Shown here: one piece after another, positions 26,265 through 39,330 of the stretch
How positions within the stretch are numbered: position 1 is the stretch's first letter
Layout: the number at the start of each line of letters is the position of its first letter
Assembly: GCF_001194135.2 (NCBI RefSeq)
Contig: NC_069001.1
Coordinates: forward strand, 22,281,437-22,345,436
Direction of reading: 5' to 3'
Length of the DNA stretch: 64,000 bases
Source: Octopus bimaculoides
Taxonomy: Eukaryota
The notes under the pieces: generated by a model
The model's database searches: none
The model's input: only the letters and a program-made list of their open reading frames with translations
Told to the model about the DNA's origin: nothing
Position numbers and translations under genes: made by a program

Positions 26265-26604
26265 ATCCTGCAACTGTCCATTATGGGTAGGATTTTGTGC
26301 ATCTAATTGTGTTGTATCAATCTGTGCAGTTTGAGTCACATGCATAAAAAAAGGGATGTCCCGCTAGATATACTGAGATGTCCTAGGTATGTTGTTCATG
26401 CCTGCTGTATCTTGGTTATGACCGGCTAACAATTTTTATATTATATACCCATGGACAACTGTTAGCTGGTCGTAACCAAGATGCAACAGTATCTAGCAGG
26501 ACATCCCCCTCTTTACACATGTACCTGATATGTCATAAACTGCACAGATTGAGGCAACACAATTAGAGGCACAAAATCCCACCCATAACAGACAGTTACA
26601 GGAT
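26265..26604. mobile_element. foldback MITE (whole element is an imperfect palindrome)
   Basis: atcctgcaactgtcc..ggattttgtgcatctaattgtgttg..aatctgtgcagttt pairs with aaactgcacagatt..caacacaattagaggcacaaaatcc..gacagttacaggat. Confidence 0.75.
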
Positions 26605-26861
26605 GAATTGAAACGATCGTTACACAGAATAAAGATAAGTACCAAATCTATCTTACATTTCTTTCATCAGTTATTACTATCTCAAATAATACTGCAGAAT
26701 TCCTGAAGTAGATCCACCTGAAATATACCCCAACTGTGGACGATAGCAGGTAAACCAAACTGTGAATGTGTGAATGTGCTTTAATCAACTCACTAATTAG
26801 CATATACCCATTAGTAAAAAAAAATGACATAAGGTCATGAGAGTGCTATATAAATAGTTAT

Positions 26862-27272
26862 TATTTTACTTGTTTTAGTCATTAGATTGTGGCCATGCTG
26901 GGGCACTGCCTTGAAGGATTCTAAGTCGAATGTATCAACCTTAGAATTTATTTCTAAGCCTGGTACTTATATTATCAATCTTTTATTACTAAAACATTAA
27001 GTTACAGGGACATAAACACACCAATACAGGTTGTCTAGCAGTGGTGGAGGGACAAACACAGACACAAAGACACACATACATAGGTATACATAGATATATA
27101 TACAGATATGTGATGGGCTTCTTTCAGTTTCCATTTACAAAATCAACTCAGAAGGCTTGGTCAGCCTGAGGCTCTAGCAGAAGACACCTGCCCAAGGTGT
27201 CAGGCAGTGGTACTGAACCTGGAACCATGTGATTACGAAGCAAGCTTCTTACCACTGATCCATGCCTACGCT
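26862..27272 (-). mobile_element. SINE family A
   Basis: Reverse-complement full copy. Confidence 0.8.
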
Positions 27273-27458
27273 TATGTATGTATGTATATATNNNNNNNNN
27301 NNNNNNNNNNNNNNNNNNNNNNNNNNNNNNNNNNNNNNNNNNNNNNNNNNNNNNNNNNNNNNNNNNNNNNNNNNNNNNNNNNNNNNNNNNNNNNNNNNNN
27401 NNNNNNNNNNNNNNNNNNNNNNNNNNNNNNNNNNNNNNNNNNNNNNNNNNNNNATATA

Positions 27459-27489
<31 letters not shown>

Positions 27490-27679
27490 ATATGTACACA
27501 CAAGCAAACAGGCTCCCATATACACACATATCTGTTGATTTGTCCATTACAAGGAAGTGACTGGTGTGAATAGAAGAGAGTCAGTGAGACTGACATACCA
27601 ATTATCTAATTCTATTAGTATAAGCTAAAATATTGTACTTGATGTGCTGTTATCTGGCATGTTCAATTTATGGAATTTA

Positions 27680-27960
27680 TTTGATTTAGTAATAGCTGTG
27701 CTTGTTGGTGGTGGTGGTGGTAGCAGTGATGGTGCTGTTACTGGTGGTGGTGGTGGTGTATGTAGTGGGGCATATGGTGGAAGTGGCAGTGGTGGGTTTA
27801 TGGTGGTGGTGGTGGTGGTGGTGGTGGTAGTAGTGGTAGTAGTAGTGGTAGTGGCGGTGTTGTTGGTGATGCTGGTGGTGATAGTGGTGATGCTAATGGC
27901 ATTGCTTGTGTTAGTGATGGTGTATGTGATGATGGTGTATGTAGTGGTGGTGGTGCTGCG
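27680..27960. repeat. degenerate (GGT/GAT/AGT)n trinucleotide tract
   Basis: Visible periodicity; explains the poly-Val, poly-Thr and poly-Gly ORFs. Confidence 0.9.
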
Positions 27961-28062
27961 ATGATTAATGTTGTTGCTTCTGTTGTTTAAGTCCAGGTCA
28001 AACCTTGCTTGCATAAACCTATAATCAGAGGTATTTCAGGCATACCTTTTCTGTCTTTTCAG

Positions 28063-28290
28063 GAGCATCAGGGATCAACTTAGCCAATGTATTGCTTCTT
28101 TTTAGATCATGTTGGTGGAGATTTGATTGGTTACTATTTCTAGCAAGGTTCAGTGAACACACCCACAAGATAAATAACAACCGACTTGGTGTGGCAAAGC
28201 TTGAAGAAAGTAAGGCAACCAGGGAAACATCTAATTATTCAATGATTGAAATAATGAAAGCAGCAAAGGGTACGAGCAAAGTCCTTTTAG
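28063..28290 (+). CDS. candidate 228-nt phase 1-1 exon (ASGINLANVLLLFRSCWWRFDWLLFLARFSEHTHK...KAAKGTSKVLL), unknown product
   Basis: Strong acceptor ccttttctgtcttttcag, donor TAG|gtaaag, 76 codons open in only one frame, hydrophobic first third; no family recognised. Confidence 0.35.
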
Positions 28291-28740
28291 GTAAAGTTTG
28301 AATAATGTCTTGTTAATTATTTTGGTGTTCTAATTTACATCAATCATCTTTGTATAAATGGACAATAAAATGAATCTGTCTAATTGCAACACCACTGCCT
28401 GTTCTGGTATTATTATTCTATATATCACCGATGGGGAGATGGATAGTTGCTATCGCTTGCGGCTGAGTGTCCATCATTGAGAAGACCAAGGAAGGTCAAA
28501 ATCATGTGATCTGGTGGTCTTGGAACTGGGGGGTGGTGAGAATTTATTTCTCCACTAGTGATATAAGAAAGAGTGCATTTTGCACCAAAAGACAATATGG
28601 GAGTTTCTCTCATGGTAAGTATTGCAGTATAGTTTACTCAGAGCACTTACTTTTATGTGGTGTATGCATATGTATTTATGTATGCATGTGTGTATGTATG
28701 TATGTATGTATGTATGTATGTATGTGTGTGTGTGTGTATA

Positions 28741-28790
<50 letters not shown>

Positions 28791-28796
<6 letters not shown>

Positions 28797-29740
28797 CATG
28801 CAGGAAGTAGACACATTTAATTTTCAAAATTTCTGATCTAAGTGTCTTGATATGTTTTCAGTGGTGTAGAATTTACAATGTAATTATTTTTTATATTTGC
28901 CACTATATTAAACATTTGCGAAGAGTAACCATGCCAAGTACAAAAAATTCAGCATAACTGTCAGATTTTCAAAGATGTCGTATTGTTGGGCAATCTGAGC
29001 CTGGTCTTGGCCAGCGAAAAATTGCCAAAAATCTTCAAATTCCTCTTGCCACTGTTAATAGAATTATAGTGCAATTCAAAAACCAAGGAAGAGAATCAAC
29101 AGATTCTCATGCTGGCTGACCTGGGCCCTTGGAAAAGAAGTTTTGCTGTTTCAAGAGAATTGTGGAAAATGAACCCAGTTTGAAGGATTCTGACATTGCA
29201 ACACAGCTAGAAGTTAGTCCAAGAGCATGTGTTACATATCTGCATAAGCCTGGATATTATGGATGAATAGCTAGAAGAAAACCTCTCCTTCAACCAATTA
29301 ATATCATGAAAAGAAAGAAATGGGTTAAGGAGATGTCAGAAAAATCCAGTTCATTTTGGGATAGAGTGATGAATCCAGATTTGCATTATTTTCAGACAGT
29401 GGACGTGTTTGGGTCTGGAAGCTTCCCAATAAAGAATTTGATTTGAAATGACTCCAACCAACTGCGAAACATGGCGGTATCTCTGTAATGGTATGGGGAG
29501 CTGTCACCAGCAATGGTCGTTCTGAGCTGATCGAATGTATGGGAACCATAAACTATGAATAATACATCGAAATACTTAAGCAAGGACTAATCTGATGTAT
29601 TCACATGATAACATAATGAAAAATAAGTCTTTATTCATGGAAGATGGGGCTCCATGCCACACAGTGAAAAGGAATCAACAACGGCTGACTAGAAATAGGA
29701 TCAAAAAGCTTCCTTGGCCGTGCAGGAGCAATGCTTTAGT
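28791..29740 (+). mobile_element. Tc1-family transposase relic
   Basis: [32 protein letters not shown] (HTH), ARRKPLL, SDES-like, [15 protein letters not shown] and FMEDGAPCH, with stops and frameshifts. Confidence 0.85.
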
Positions 29741-29745
29741 CGACT

Positions 29746-29792
<47 letters not shown>

Positions 29793-29859
29793 GACAAAGA
29801 GAGAAAGAAAGAGATAAAGAAAGAAAGAAAGAAAGAAAGATACAACATATCTATATATA

Positions 29860-30752
29860 TCAGGTCATACCATAAGTTCTGTCCGATTTTACCTTTTTTA
29901 AAACTGAATTATCATTTGAAGAATTGGCAATAAAGCTTAGTTGAAGCCATACAACTTTTCATCATCATCTTCAACAACTTTGAAAGGTTCCTAAACTTGG
30001 AAAATGGGTGCCTCATGAATTGTCCGAAAGCAACCGCAAATCCCATGTTGACATCTGCTCTTTTTTCCATTCTTGTGAACTCATTTCACCCTTTTTGTGA
30101 TAGACTTGTGACTGGTGACAAAAAATGGATCTACTTTCAAAATGTTAAACGTCGTAAACAGTGGCTTGATAAAAGGGAAAAAGCTCAACCACAACTGAGA
30201 GGGGAACTTCATGTGAAAAAGGCTCTTCTCTCAATCTGGTGTGATTGCAAAGGAGTAATTCACTTTGAATTGTTAACACCTAAGGCAGCAATCAATGCTC
30301 AAGTCAACTGTCAGAAATTGGAGCGTTTGAACCGAGCGCTGAAGAAAAAAAGACCCGCTTTAGTGAATCGAAAATGAGTGATGTTTCATCAGGACAATGC
30401 ACGACCTCACACTGCAAAGATCACACCGTAGAAGATCGAAGAGCTTGGATGGGAAAAAATTCTTCATCTACCTTATTCTCCCGACTCTGCTCCTTCAGAC
30501 TACCATTTGTTTTATAGTTTACAAAATCATTTGGTGGACATAACTTTCGCAAGCCAGGAGGAGATCGACACTGATATTTCAAAGTTCTTCGCTTTGAAAC
30601 CCAAAAGAGTTTTACATTGATGGGATTAAAAAGCTCATAAATAGATGGAAGGACGTCATAGATAATCAGGGAAGGTACATTAAATTTCAATTAAATATAA
30701 CATTTGATCACTTGTTTTATTATTCAAAATTCGGACAGAACTCATGATCTGA
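29860..30752 (+). mobile_element. mariner (DD34D), internally deleted, both TIRs, TA TSD
   Basis: TIRs tcaggtc..taagttctgtccga / tcggacagaactcatgatctga; motifs WVPHELS, VTGDKKWI, FHQDNARPH and YSPDSAPSDYHLF. Confidence 0.92.
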
Positions 30753-31204
30753 TATATAAAACAAAGGATGTCTCTGTGTGTGTGTCTGTGTGAGTAATAC
30801 ATATGCATTTCTACAGTTTTCAACTGATTTTCACCAAGCGTTACATGCACATTACATATGTGTCAAGGATGGTCATGCACTCTAACATTTTGTCTGGAGC
30901 TCCTGCTTAAGGTGAGAAACAGGGAAAAGAAGGTGTTTTACATGGTTTTTCTCTAAATGTTGCAGTTTTCAACTGTTTCTCTCCCTTCTCTCATCCTTTG
31001 TTTCTCTTGCTTACATATATTCTCTCTTACTCTCTGTAATAGTTTAAGAACTTTTAAAAATCGAATGCTGTGTCGGAACATACTGTTCAGATAGATGATA
31101 TAATAAGTGCTAAATGTACATGTTTAAATAAATTAAGAAGCAATAGATAATAGTGTTTTAAGATGAATCTAAATACGTAAAGGCTGACTAGGTTGAAATT
31201 ATAT

Positions 31205-31977
31205 AAACTAATTATTTTTGGAAAAAATTTATAAGTTGATAAATATTTGTCTACAAAGAATAATGACTTCTGAGATCTTGTTAAGTAAATATTTTTGTCA
31301 GCACAGAGTATAGAGCTCGCTTCTTTTGTGCATAATTTGCAACTTCTGGTGTGTGTATTGTATGGTGTGGTTTACATTATAATAGACCAATCTAAAGGGA
31401 ATTCTTTATTGCGCATTTTTAATTTATTAATGTGGGTATCTAGAGCAGTTGAATTTTTTGTTTCTTGATTAATAAATGAATTTGTTTCTGACCCGTAACT
31501 AGTCTTGAAATCAGTCGTACTTCCTATGTAAATCTTTTTTGATTCACTAAGAGTTGAAACCTCAACTTTATCTATGACATTTCCCCTTAAACAGAATCCC
31601 ATTAAGGGACATAATTCCAGGTTACGGCAATTACATGTTTCATTTCCATGCTTCGCGTTTATATTTTTAATATCAGGATTCTTGTTATTATTCTTCATAT
31701 TAAGGTCAGCTATATTGTCATCTCTATGAATACTACTATTTCTAAGTTTAAATCTATTGTTGGCCGCAATTATAGATTCTAGGTTGGGTGGGGTTGAGCA
31801 CGATAATTTAAGGCAGAATCTATAAAAGATGGAATAATATTTATGGCCTAATGGGAAATTCCTGTCAATAATCCTAAAAAATAATTTAGGGAGGTTTCTG
31901 ACTTGGAGGGAAAAAGGAGGGGTGAATCAGATAATTTCCCGTTTCCTCACCGAGTTGTTCCTGTTCTGGCCAGTATA

Positions 31978-32021
<44 letters not shown>

Positions 32022-32500
32022 CATTATTATTATTATTAGTAGTAGTAGTATTATAATTAAATGAATTATAGTATATTCAATTATGGTGTCGGTTGTTATG
32101 CTCGGGGTGGGGGTGGGGTATTGTTCATGGGAGGTGTGTCGATGTTTAGTTTCGCAATATTTGGAAAACGTTTACTTAGTTTATTTTCAAATATTGGATT
32201 CTGAATATAATATATTTTCTTACTGAATCCACTGTCCTTCAATGCTGTATTATAAAAGGGTGCAGTGTTATAAAAAATCGTTTCGTTTGGAGATAAGTTA
32301 GAGATTCTTATCAACACATCTTTGACTACCCCATTAATAACACTTTGGGGATGATTTGATAAGGCGTGGATATACTTAATGATTTTATTAGGTTTATGGT
32401 AAAGGTAAAATAAGCCATTACCTAATTTAAATTTACGTCCCGAATATTAAAACATTTAGTGGCCTTTTCAAATATAATATCTAAGTATTTACTTTATATC
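31205..32500 (-). pseudogene. Penelope-like (Neptune-type) RT thumb, linker and GIY-YIG endonuclease
   Basis: HKPNKIIKYIHALSNHP, ALKDSGF, REII.FTPPFS, CNCRNLELCPLMGFC, IYIGSTTDFK, NSTAL, DWSII and PYN..CKLC. Confidence 0.85.
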
Positions 32501-32682
32501 CATATATGAGTTGAAAACTTTCTTGTCACATTTCCCTTAACATCTATGTTCCAGAGTTATGTTGCAGATTTATGTAGAAAGTTGTATTTTAGCTACTAGC
32601 TGTTGAGACCTGCGTAATCTAGATGGTGTTTTCTAAATTTTATTATTTTCTTTAATCCGGGCAACACCGGGTATTTCTGTTA

Positions 32683-32740
<58 letters not shown>

Positions 32741-33074
32741 NNNNNNNNNNNNNNNNNNNNNNNNNNNNNNNNNNNNNNNNNNNNNNNNNNNNNNNNNNNN
32801 NNNNNNNNNNNNNNNNNNNNNNNNNNNNNNNNNNNNNNNNNNNNNNNNNNNNNNNNNNNNNNNNNNNNNNNNNNNNNNNNNNNNNNNNNNNNNNNNNNNN
32901 NNNNNNNNNNNNNNNNNNNNNNNNNNNNNNNNNNNNNNNNNNNNNNNNNNNNNNNNNNNNNNNNNNNNNNNNNNNNNNNNNNNNNNNNNNNNNNNNNNNN
33001 NNNNNNNNNNNNNNNNNNNNNNNNNNNNNNNNNNNNNNNNNNNNNNNNNNNNNNNNNNNNNNNNNNNNNNNNNN

Positions 33075-33144
<70 letters not shown>

Positions 33145-34460
33145 TGTATACATATTTATGTGCGTATGTATCTACTTCCTCTCTTCACTAATGTAACAGA
33201 CTAATAAACATATCAATTCATTCTTGTAGCATTGTTGCGGTTAGGGAACCTGAAATATTCTTACCAAAATCCCACCATCACCTTCACTCTTGGGTTTTCT
33301 ATCTCCGTATCGTTTTGTTAGTTTCTACTTAGTTGCCCTCTTATTTTATCTTCTGTTTTCCTCATATTTGCATTTGCAAGATGGGTGTCATTTTGCTGAT
33401 ATTATCAAACCACTCTATTTTATTTTATCTTACTAGTTCTATGAGTCTTTCTCTCCTTCCATACAAAGCATAGTTCTAAGAGTGACTTGTTGGCCTGGTA
33501 TGTCTTTCATGTAATGCTAACACATTGATAAATAGATCTTCTGCCTAATGTGGCAAGATTAGTAAAGAATTTACCCAATACTCTTCTCTAACTTGCACAG
33601 AAATCAACACATTTTGAAATAAGGATACAGATAATTTTAGTAACCCTCACGTAAAAGGCACCTAGTACACTCTGTGGAGTGGTTGGCATTAGGAGGGCCA
33701 TCCAAGCAAAGAAAGCAAGCCAAAACATGACTGGACCCTGGTGCAGCTCTCCAGTTTACCAACCCCAGTCAAATCATCTTACCCATGCTAGCATGGAAAA
33801 TGGATGCTAAATGATGATGACGATACTGGATAAATGAAACATTAGAATCTGAACTCAGAATTTGGGAGACATAACTAAATGCTGCATAGTATTTTGTCTT
33901 CTGCTCTTCCAATTCTACTTGTTAATAACTTATGGTTTCCATATTTTGGTACCTGACATTCTGTTGAATTAAGTCTCGTTTTGTATAGACTTAAGAAAGT
34001 GATTTGTCATTTCTAATATAAAATGTGTATATAAACAGACATAGTCATGCTGTGAAAGTGTTTTTGGCTAAAATCCAAATTATTGACAGTATATGGTCAG
34101 GAATCACAATTTTGAGGTCACATGTGTTCTGAATTATAACTGTTCTGTTAGCTATAGAATGAGGTGGTGATTGAACATTTATTGACTAAGAAACATTGAC
34201 CAATTTCCCTTCTAAGGAAGTAATCTGTCTTCTTCTCAAATCTGAATGTCTGAAGTTGAAATATGAGTGTTTTCTTTTTTTTTAATTTTTTTATCAGAAT
34301 TTCAGTAAACATATAAAAATGGGGGAAGTGTAGGTTCAAGACAGCATCTGGCACAAAAAGAAATACTCTAAATGCAATAAAATAATGTTGATGATTTGAC
34401 ATGTGGGATTTTTTGGTGAGAAACTATTCATTTGGTATTTTTAGCTTTAACACATCAATG

Positions 34461-34641
34461 GACACAGGTGGTTGTGTGGTAAGAAGTTTGCTTCCCAACC
34501 ATATGGTTCTGGGTTCAGTCCTACTGCATGGCACTGTGGGAAAGTGTCTTCTATTATAGCCTCAGGCCGACTAAATACTTGTGAGTGGATTTGGTAGATT
34601 GAAATTGAAAAAAGCCTCCTGTCGTGTGTGTGTGTGTGAAT

Positions 34642-34674
<33 letters not shown>

Positions 34675-35982
34675 TGTGTGTGTGTGTGTGTAAGGGGGGT
34701 GTCTTTGTCCTCTACCGACAATTGGCATCTGGTATTGGTGTATTTACATACCTGTAACTTAGCAGTTCAGCAAAATATTCACTAAAATAAGTACTGGGGT
34801 TGATTCATTTGAGTTAAAGATTCTCAGAGACAGTGCCCAAGCATGGCCACAATCTAATGATTGAAACAAGTAAAAGATAAAAGAAAATACAGGGCAAGTA
34901 TGATTATTAGGTTAAGAAGTTTGCTTTGAAGCCATTTTGATCTGGGTTTCATTCAATGGTGTGGCACATGAACGAGTAAATTTTACCACAGCCTTTAGTC
35001 AACCAACATCACTCGATTGGAATTTGGTAGACAGACAAATTGCAACTACATGGTTCTGAGTTCAGTCCTGTTGCATGACACCTTGGGAAAAGGTCTTCTA
35101 CTACAGCCTCAGGTTGATCAAAGCCCTGTGAGTGGATTTGGTAGATGGAAACTGAAAGAAGACTCTCATAATTGTATGTATGTGTGTGTGTGTGTGTGCG
35201 TGTGTGTGCGTGCCCCACCACTGCTTGACAACCAGTGTTGGTGTGTTTGCATTCCAGTAACTTGGTGGTTCGGCAAAAGAGTTTGATAAAATAAGTACCA
35301 GGCTTTACAAAGAAAGTAATAAGTACTGGGATCGATAAGTCCAACTAAAATTCTTCAAGGAGGTGCCCCAGTATGGCCACAGCTTAATAATTGAAACAAG
35401 TAAAAAGTATAAAAAAGAAACCTATATGCTTGAATGTGTTTCTTCTTAAACAAGTCATTAGTAAAGTTATTTTATTCCAATCAGCTCGTGTCCATTCATC
35501 AATAAAGAAACATCTCATTCATCATTAATTAATTATATTCTTTTATTCCTTTACTCTTTTACTTGTCTTAGAAATTTGACTTTGGCCATGCTGGAGCACT
35601 GTCTTGAAAGGTTTTAGTTGACCAAATTGATGCTAGGAGTTAATTTTTTAAAGCTTAGTACTTATTCTATTGGTCTCTTTCATCAAACTGATAAGTTAAG
35701 GGACTTATGTCCCTTAACTTAGCAGTTTGATGTCTAGTGGTTGTCTACTGGTTGTCTAGTGGTGATGGCAAAACAAACACAGACACACACAAATATATAT
35801 ATATATATATACACACACAATAGGCTTCTTTCAGTTTCTCTCTACCAAATCCACTCACAAAGCTTTTGGTTGGCCTGAGGCTATAAAAGAAGACACTTGC
35901 CCAAGGTGTCACACAGTCAGACTGAACTCAGAACCAAGGGGTTTGGAAGCAAGCCTCTTACCAAACAGCCATGCCTGCACCT
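34461..35982. mobile_element. three clustered SINE-A copies (34461-34885 +, 35050-35418 +, 35545-35982 -)
   Basis: Each is colinear with 5827-6247. Confidence 0.8.
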
Positions 35983-37020
35983 ATATTATATAGTTAACAG
36001 TTTTTCTTCTTTCAGTTGTTTGTCCTTAATGCCATTTTGTTTTTAGAAAACAACAAAATTAGTTTTATTTACATAAAGATTAAATCACAGTTTAATTACA
36101 CAAACAATGAAAAAGAAAAATAGGAGGAGATAAAGCAGCATAAGATGGAGGTGAGGAATACGCCCAAGAACAGGTGGCATGTTTAGCCATTCCCTGCAGA
36201 CACAGCTGCAATGACATTGCAGCAGAGAATGACCAGCAATGCTTGTTGCTGCAGCCACCCCACCGCACAGGACTCATTTCTCAGATGAAGTGCAGTTGTC
36301 CTGATTTTGTGGAGAAAATCAGCAGTGTGGAGTCCAAGAACACCCTTACTTTAATTGCACTTTATTGTATAGACTTTAAAAGCATGAAAATCAAAGTTGC
36401 TCTCAGCAGGACTTGAACTCAAAACAAAGTTGGAAGAAACATATGCATCTAAGTTGAAATGAAACATAAATATAAATATTTATGGCGAGTATGTATATTT
36501 GTATGAAGCTGTGTACATGTATGTATTCAACAGAGAAGAGGGATAAATTATCCTTCTCATAAAGATATTATTTTTACATATAAAAGCATGTATATAGCCT
36601 CATTTCAGGGAATGAAACCAGTAAAGCTATATCATAATATCCAATGTGAACACTTTATAGATATGAAACTTGAGCTATCTTTAGATAAAGCATCTGCACT
36701 TCAGGCTCAGTATATTATTGTAATATCTGATGTCAATTTTGTCTGTAAATAATTCAGATTCTAACAATTGGTAGATAGTATTACTTGCACCACTGCTACT
36801 CTATTTAGTCAATTACTAAGAATAAAATGAGTTTTTTTTCTTAAAATTGATTTTGCTATTAAAAAAATTAGATTATAAAATTAATAACAATTTTAGAGAT
36901 TGCATAAAAAAATATGTTCTTTCAACCAAATAAAATACAATTCAGAATGGAGTTATTTAATATTTATTTCTGGTTAAAGGTTCTATCTACCATAGACACG
37001 AGTTTAAAAATATCTTTGTG

Positions 37021-37166
<146 letters not shown>

Positions 37167-37299
37167 CCCGTATATAGCAGAATCATTAGCCTATTGAAGA
37201 AAATGCTTTGCCGTATCTATTGTAGCTTTTAGCATTCCTATTTCAAATTCCAACCAGGGTTATTTGGGTAGAAGATTGAATCCCTTGCTCAATTCAAAA

Positions 37300-38714
37300 C
37301 CAACCATTGTCCACAGGGGCCTGTAGCAGATTCTGCTGTGTTGCAAGCTTTTGAGACATATTTCCACTCAGAGGATATCTTCCTCTCAATTGTTGAAGGC
37401 CCTGTAAACAATAACGGATACTACCCTTTCTTCTGGACTAAGCAATAAGAATCTTGATATAGCTAGATTTATCAGACAAGGCTTAATTTTAATAACCGTC
37501 AACAAGAAATTTAATTAATAACCTGTAATTAATAACCTGTACCTTACAAACATCACAATGGTCCAAAGCCTTCCCATTATTGTATTTTACTGAACAACAG
37601 TAGGTAAGGATGCAACTCACAGAACTGCAAACTTAACTACCTGTTATATATCGATGAGCTCAAAATGCTTGCCAAATACAACAGCAGGCAGAAAAGTCCA
37701 TCATCAAGATTTTCAGCTACAATATCAGAATAGTGTCCAGGATCATTGTGTGCCAAAGCCAACTGTAAGAGAGGAAAAAAAAACACCAAGACTGCTGCCT
37801 TAAAGGAGACAAAAACCTAGCAGTCAACGGTGATGGCATGCAACATTCAGCAATAAAAGAGAAGACTGAGAGAGAGAGAAAAAGTTGCAGGAGAATGTGT
37901 CTGAAACTAAAAATGTGTACTGTATGCAACTAACAGATTTAAAGCTATTAAAAGCTGAGCAATTCATATGGTGACATACAGTAACTGGAAATTAAATGAC
38001 ATGAAGGAGCTGAATACCTAGCTAAGATAGAAGCTGCCTATAGAGAAGATTGACCAATGGAAAGTGAATGCTGACAGGATGAATCTACCAAGTGTTTTAG
38101 AAAGATGAGGCCTATTTCAAATTCAACTGACCTACAAATTTTCCCCAAGTAGTTCTGATGCATACCTGATAAAAACAGAAGATCCACTTCTCCAAACTGT
38201 AAAACATTAGATACATTCGATTACGAAAGGAGCTGGTATCATATCCCAGAAATCTCACCAATAGAAAAGGGCACAATAACCATTTATGCCAAACAAGTGA
38301 AGTAGAATGCAAAACACCAAGGCCAGTTTGATTTGCACAATGAAACCCGGTGAGATTGTAGTCATTGCCAATGTCTGTGCTACATAACTAGCACCAATGC
38401 CAGTGGCACGTAAAAGACACCCTTTGAACATTGGGCCTCATGGAGGCAATGATAAGTGACCAAGACCTTTGGCAATCCATTGTGTTTGAGAAAACTTGTC
38501 AAGTCAAGTGAAATCATAGTTGTGGTCGATGCCAGTGTCACATAACTGGCGTCCGTGCCTGTGGCATATCAAAAGCACTCATTATATTCTTGGAATGGTT
38601 GGCATCCAGCTGTAGAAACCATACCAAATCAGATTGGAACTGGGTGTAGCAATCCCGTTTACCAGTTTCAGTCAAACTGTCCAACCCATGCCAGCATGAA
38701 AAGCAGACACTAAC

Positions 38715-38760
<46 letters not shown>

Positions 38761-39330
38761 GATGTTGGGGTGGAAAGTAATGTACAGGAATTACTCAAAA
38801 TAGATTTGTAATGCAGACATGAGAATGGTATGCCTACAAAAGAAAATATACGGGAGTTATAAAAGCAAGATATCTGGGAAGTTGTGTGAACAGACAAGCA
38901 GAATAACTGACCAAAGTGATGTCACCATCCCCTTGGATCTGCTCATCCATACTGATTGAGACTTAGAAGACAATAAGTCTGACATCATTATCATAGACAA
39001 GAAGGACAAGAGGTGTATACTTATCAAAAGGAGTATGTCTATGAAAATCATAGAGAAGCTGATGATGTACAAAGCCCTGAGATTGAAATGAACAGGATAA
39101 GGAATATAAAGAACAAAATAATACCAATGGTCATTTGTGCACAAAGACCCATAGAGAAGACAATTCAAAAACTCACCAACTGTATCACAGACAGTATCAA
39201 CATTTATGCAGTTCAGAAATTTGCACTACTTAGAACAGCTTCCATACTATGAAGAGTGCTGTTAAGTGATATTTTCCTGATGTTAAATGAGGCCCATCAT
39301 TTGGCCCCAACCCATCAGGATATAATACAG
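37300..39330 (+). mobile_element. degenerate R4/Dong-like non-LTR retrotransposon (RT C-terminus plus REL endonuclease), split by an RTE tail at ~38335-38760
   Basis: LNYLLYIDELKMLAK, DGMQHSAIKEK, ADRMNLP, NKSDIIIIDKKDK, IIPMVI and QKFALLRTASIL. Confidence 0.75.

Larger units (their letters stand above)
29849..32684 (-). mobile_element. non-autonomous Helitron-like (Lep1/HINE-type) element enclosing a Penelope segment and a nested mariner
   Basis: Minus-strand 5' ACTAacagaaatacccggtgttgcccgg at 32684. The 3' module cttggtgaaaatcagttgaaaactgtagaaatgc..cacacagagacatcctttgttttatata lies at ~30755-30880, and the terminal tatatagat at 29849-29857 lies beyond the mariner. Confidence 0.65.

Noticed and set aside
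27625-28014. Thr/Pro-rich and Gly/Val-rich ORFs resembling mucin or structural proteins
   Set aside because: Fully explained by a degenerate trinucleotide tract; no splice or domain support.
28430-28614. In-frame TGA in IACG*VSIIEK as possible selenocysteine
   Set aside because: No acceptor defines this frame, no selenoprotein family similarity, no SECIS seen.
34298-34415. Strong acceptor plus gtgaga donor
   Set aside because: All three frames contain stops; strong pyrimidine tracts arise often by chance in this T-rich DNA.
36100-36350. GC-richer segment with ORFs on both strands
   Set aside because: Minus frame faintly resembles a retrotransposon REL tail (VLGLHTADFLHKI..WLQQQ), but too weak to call; no splice support for a host exon.
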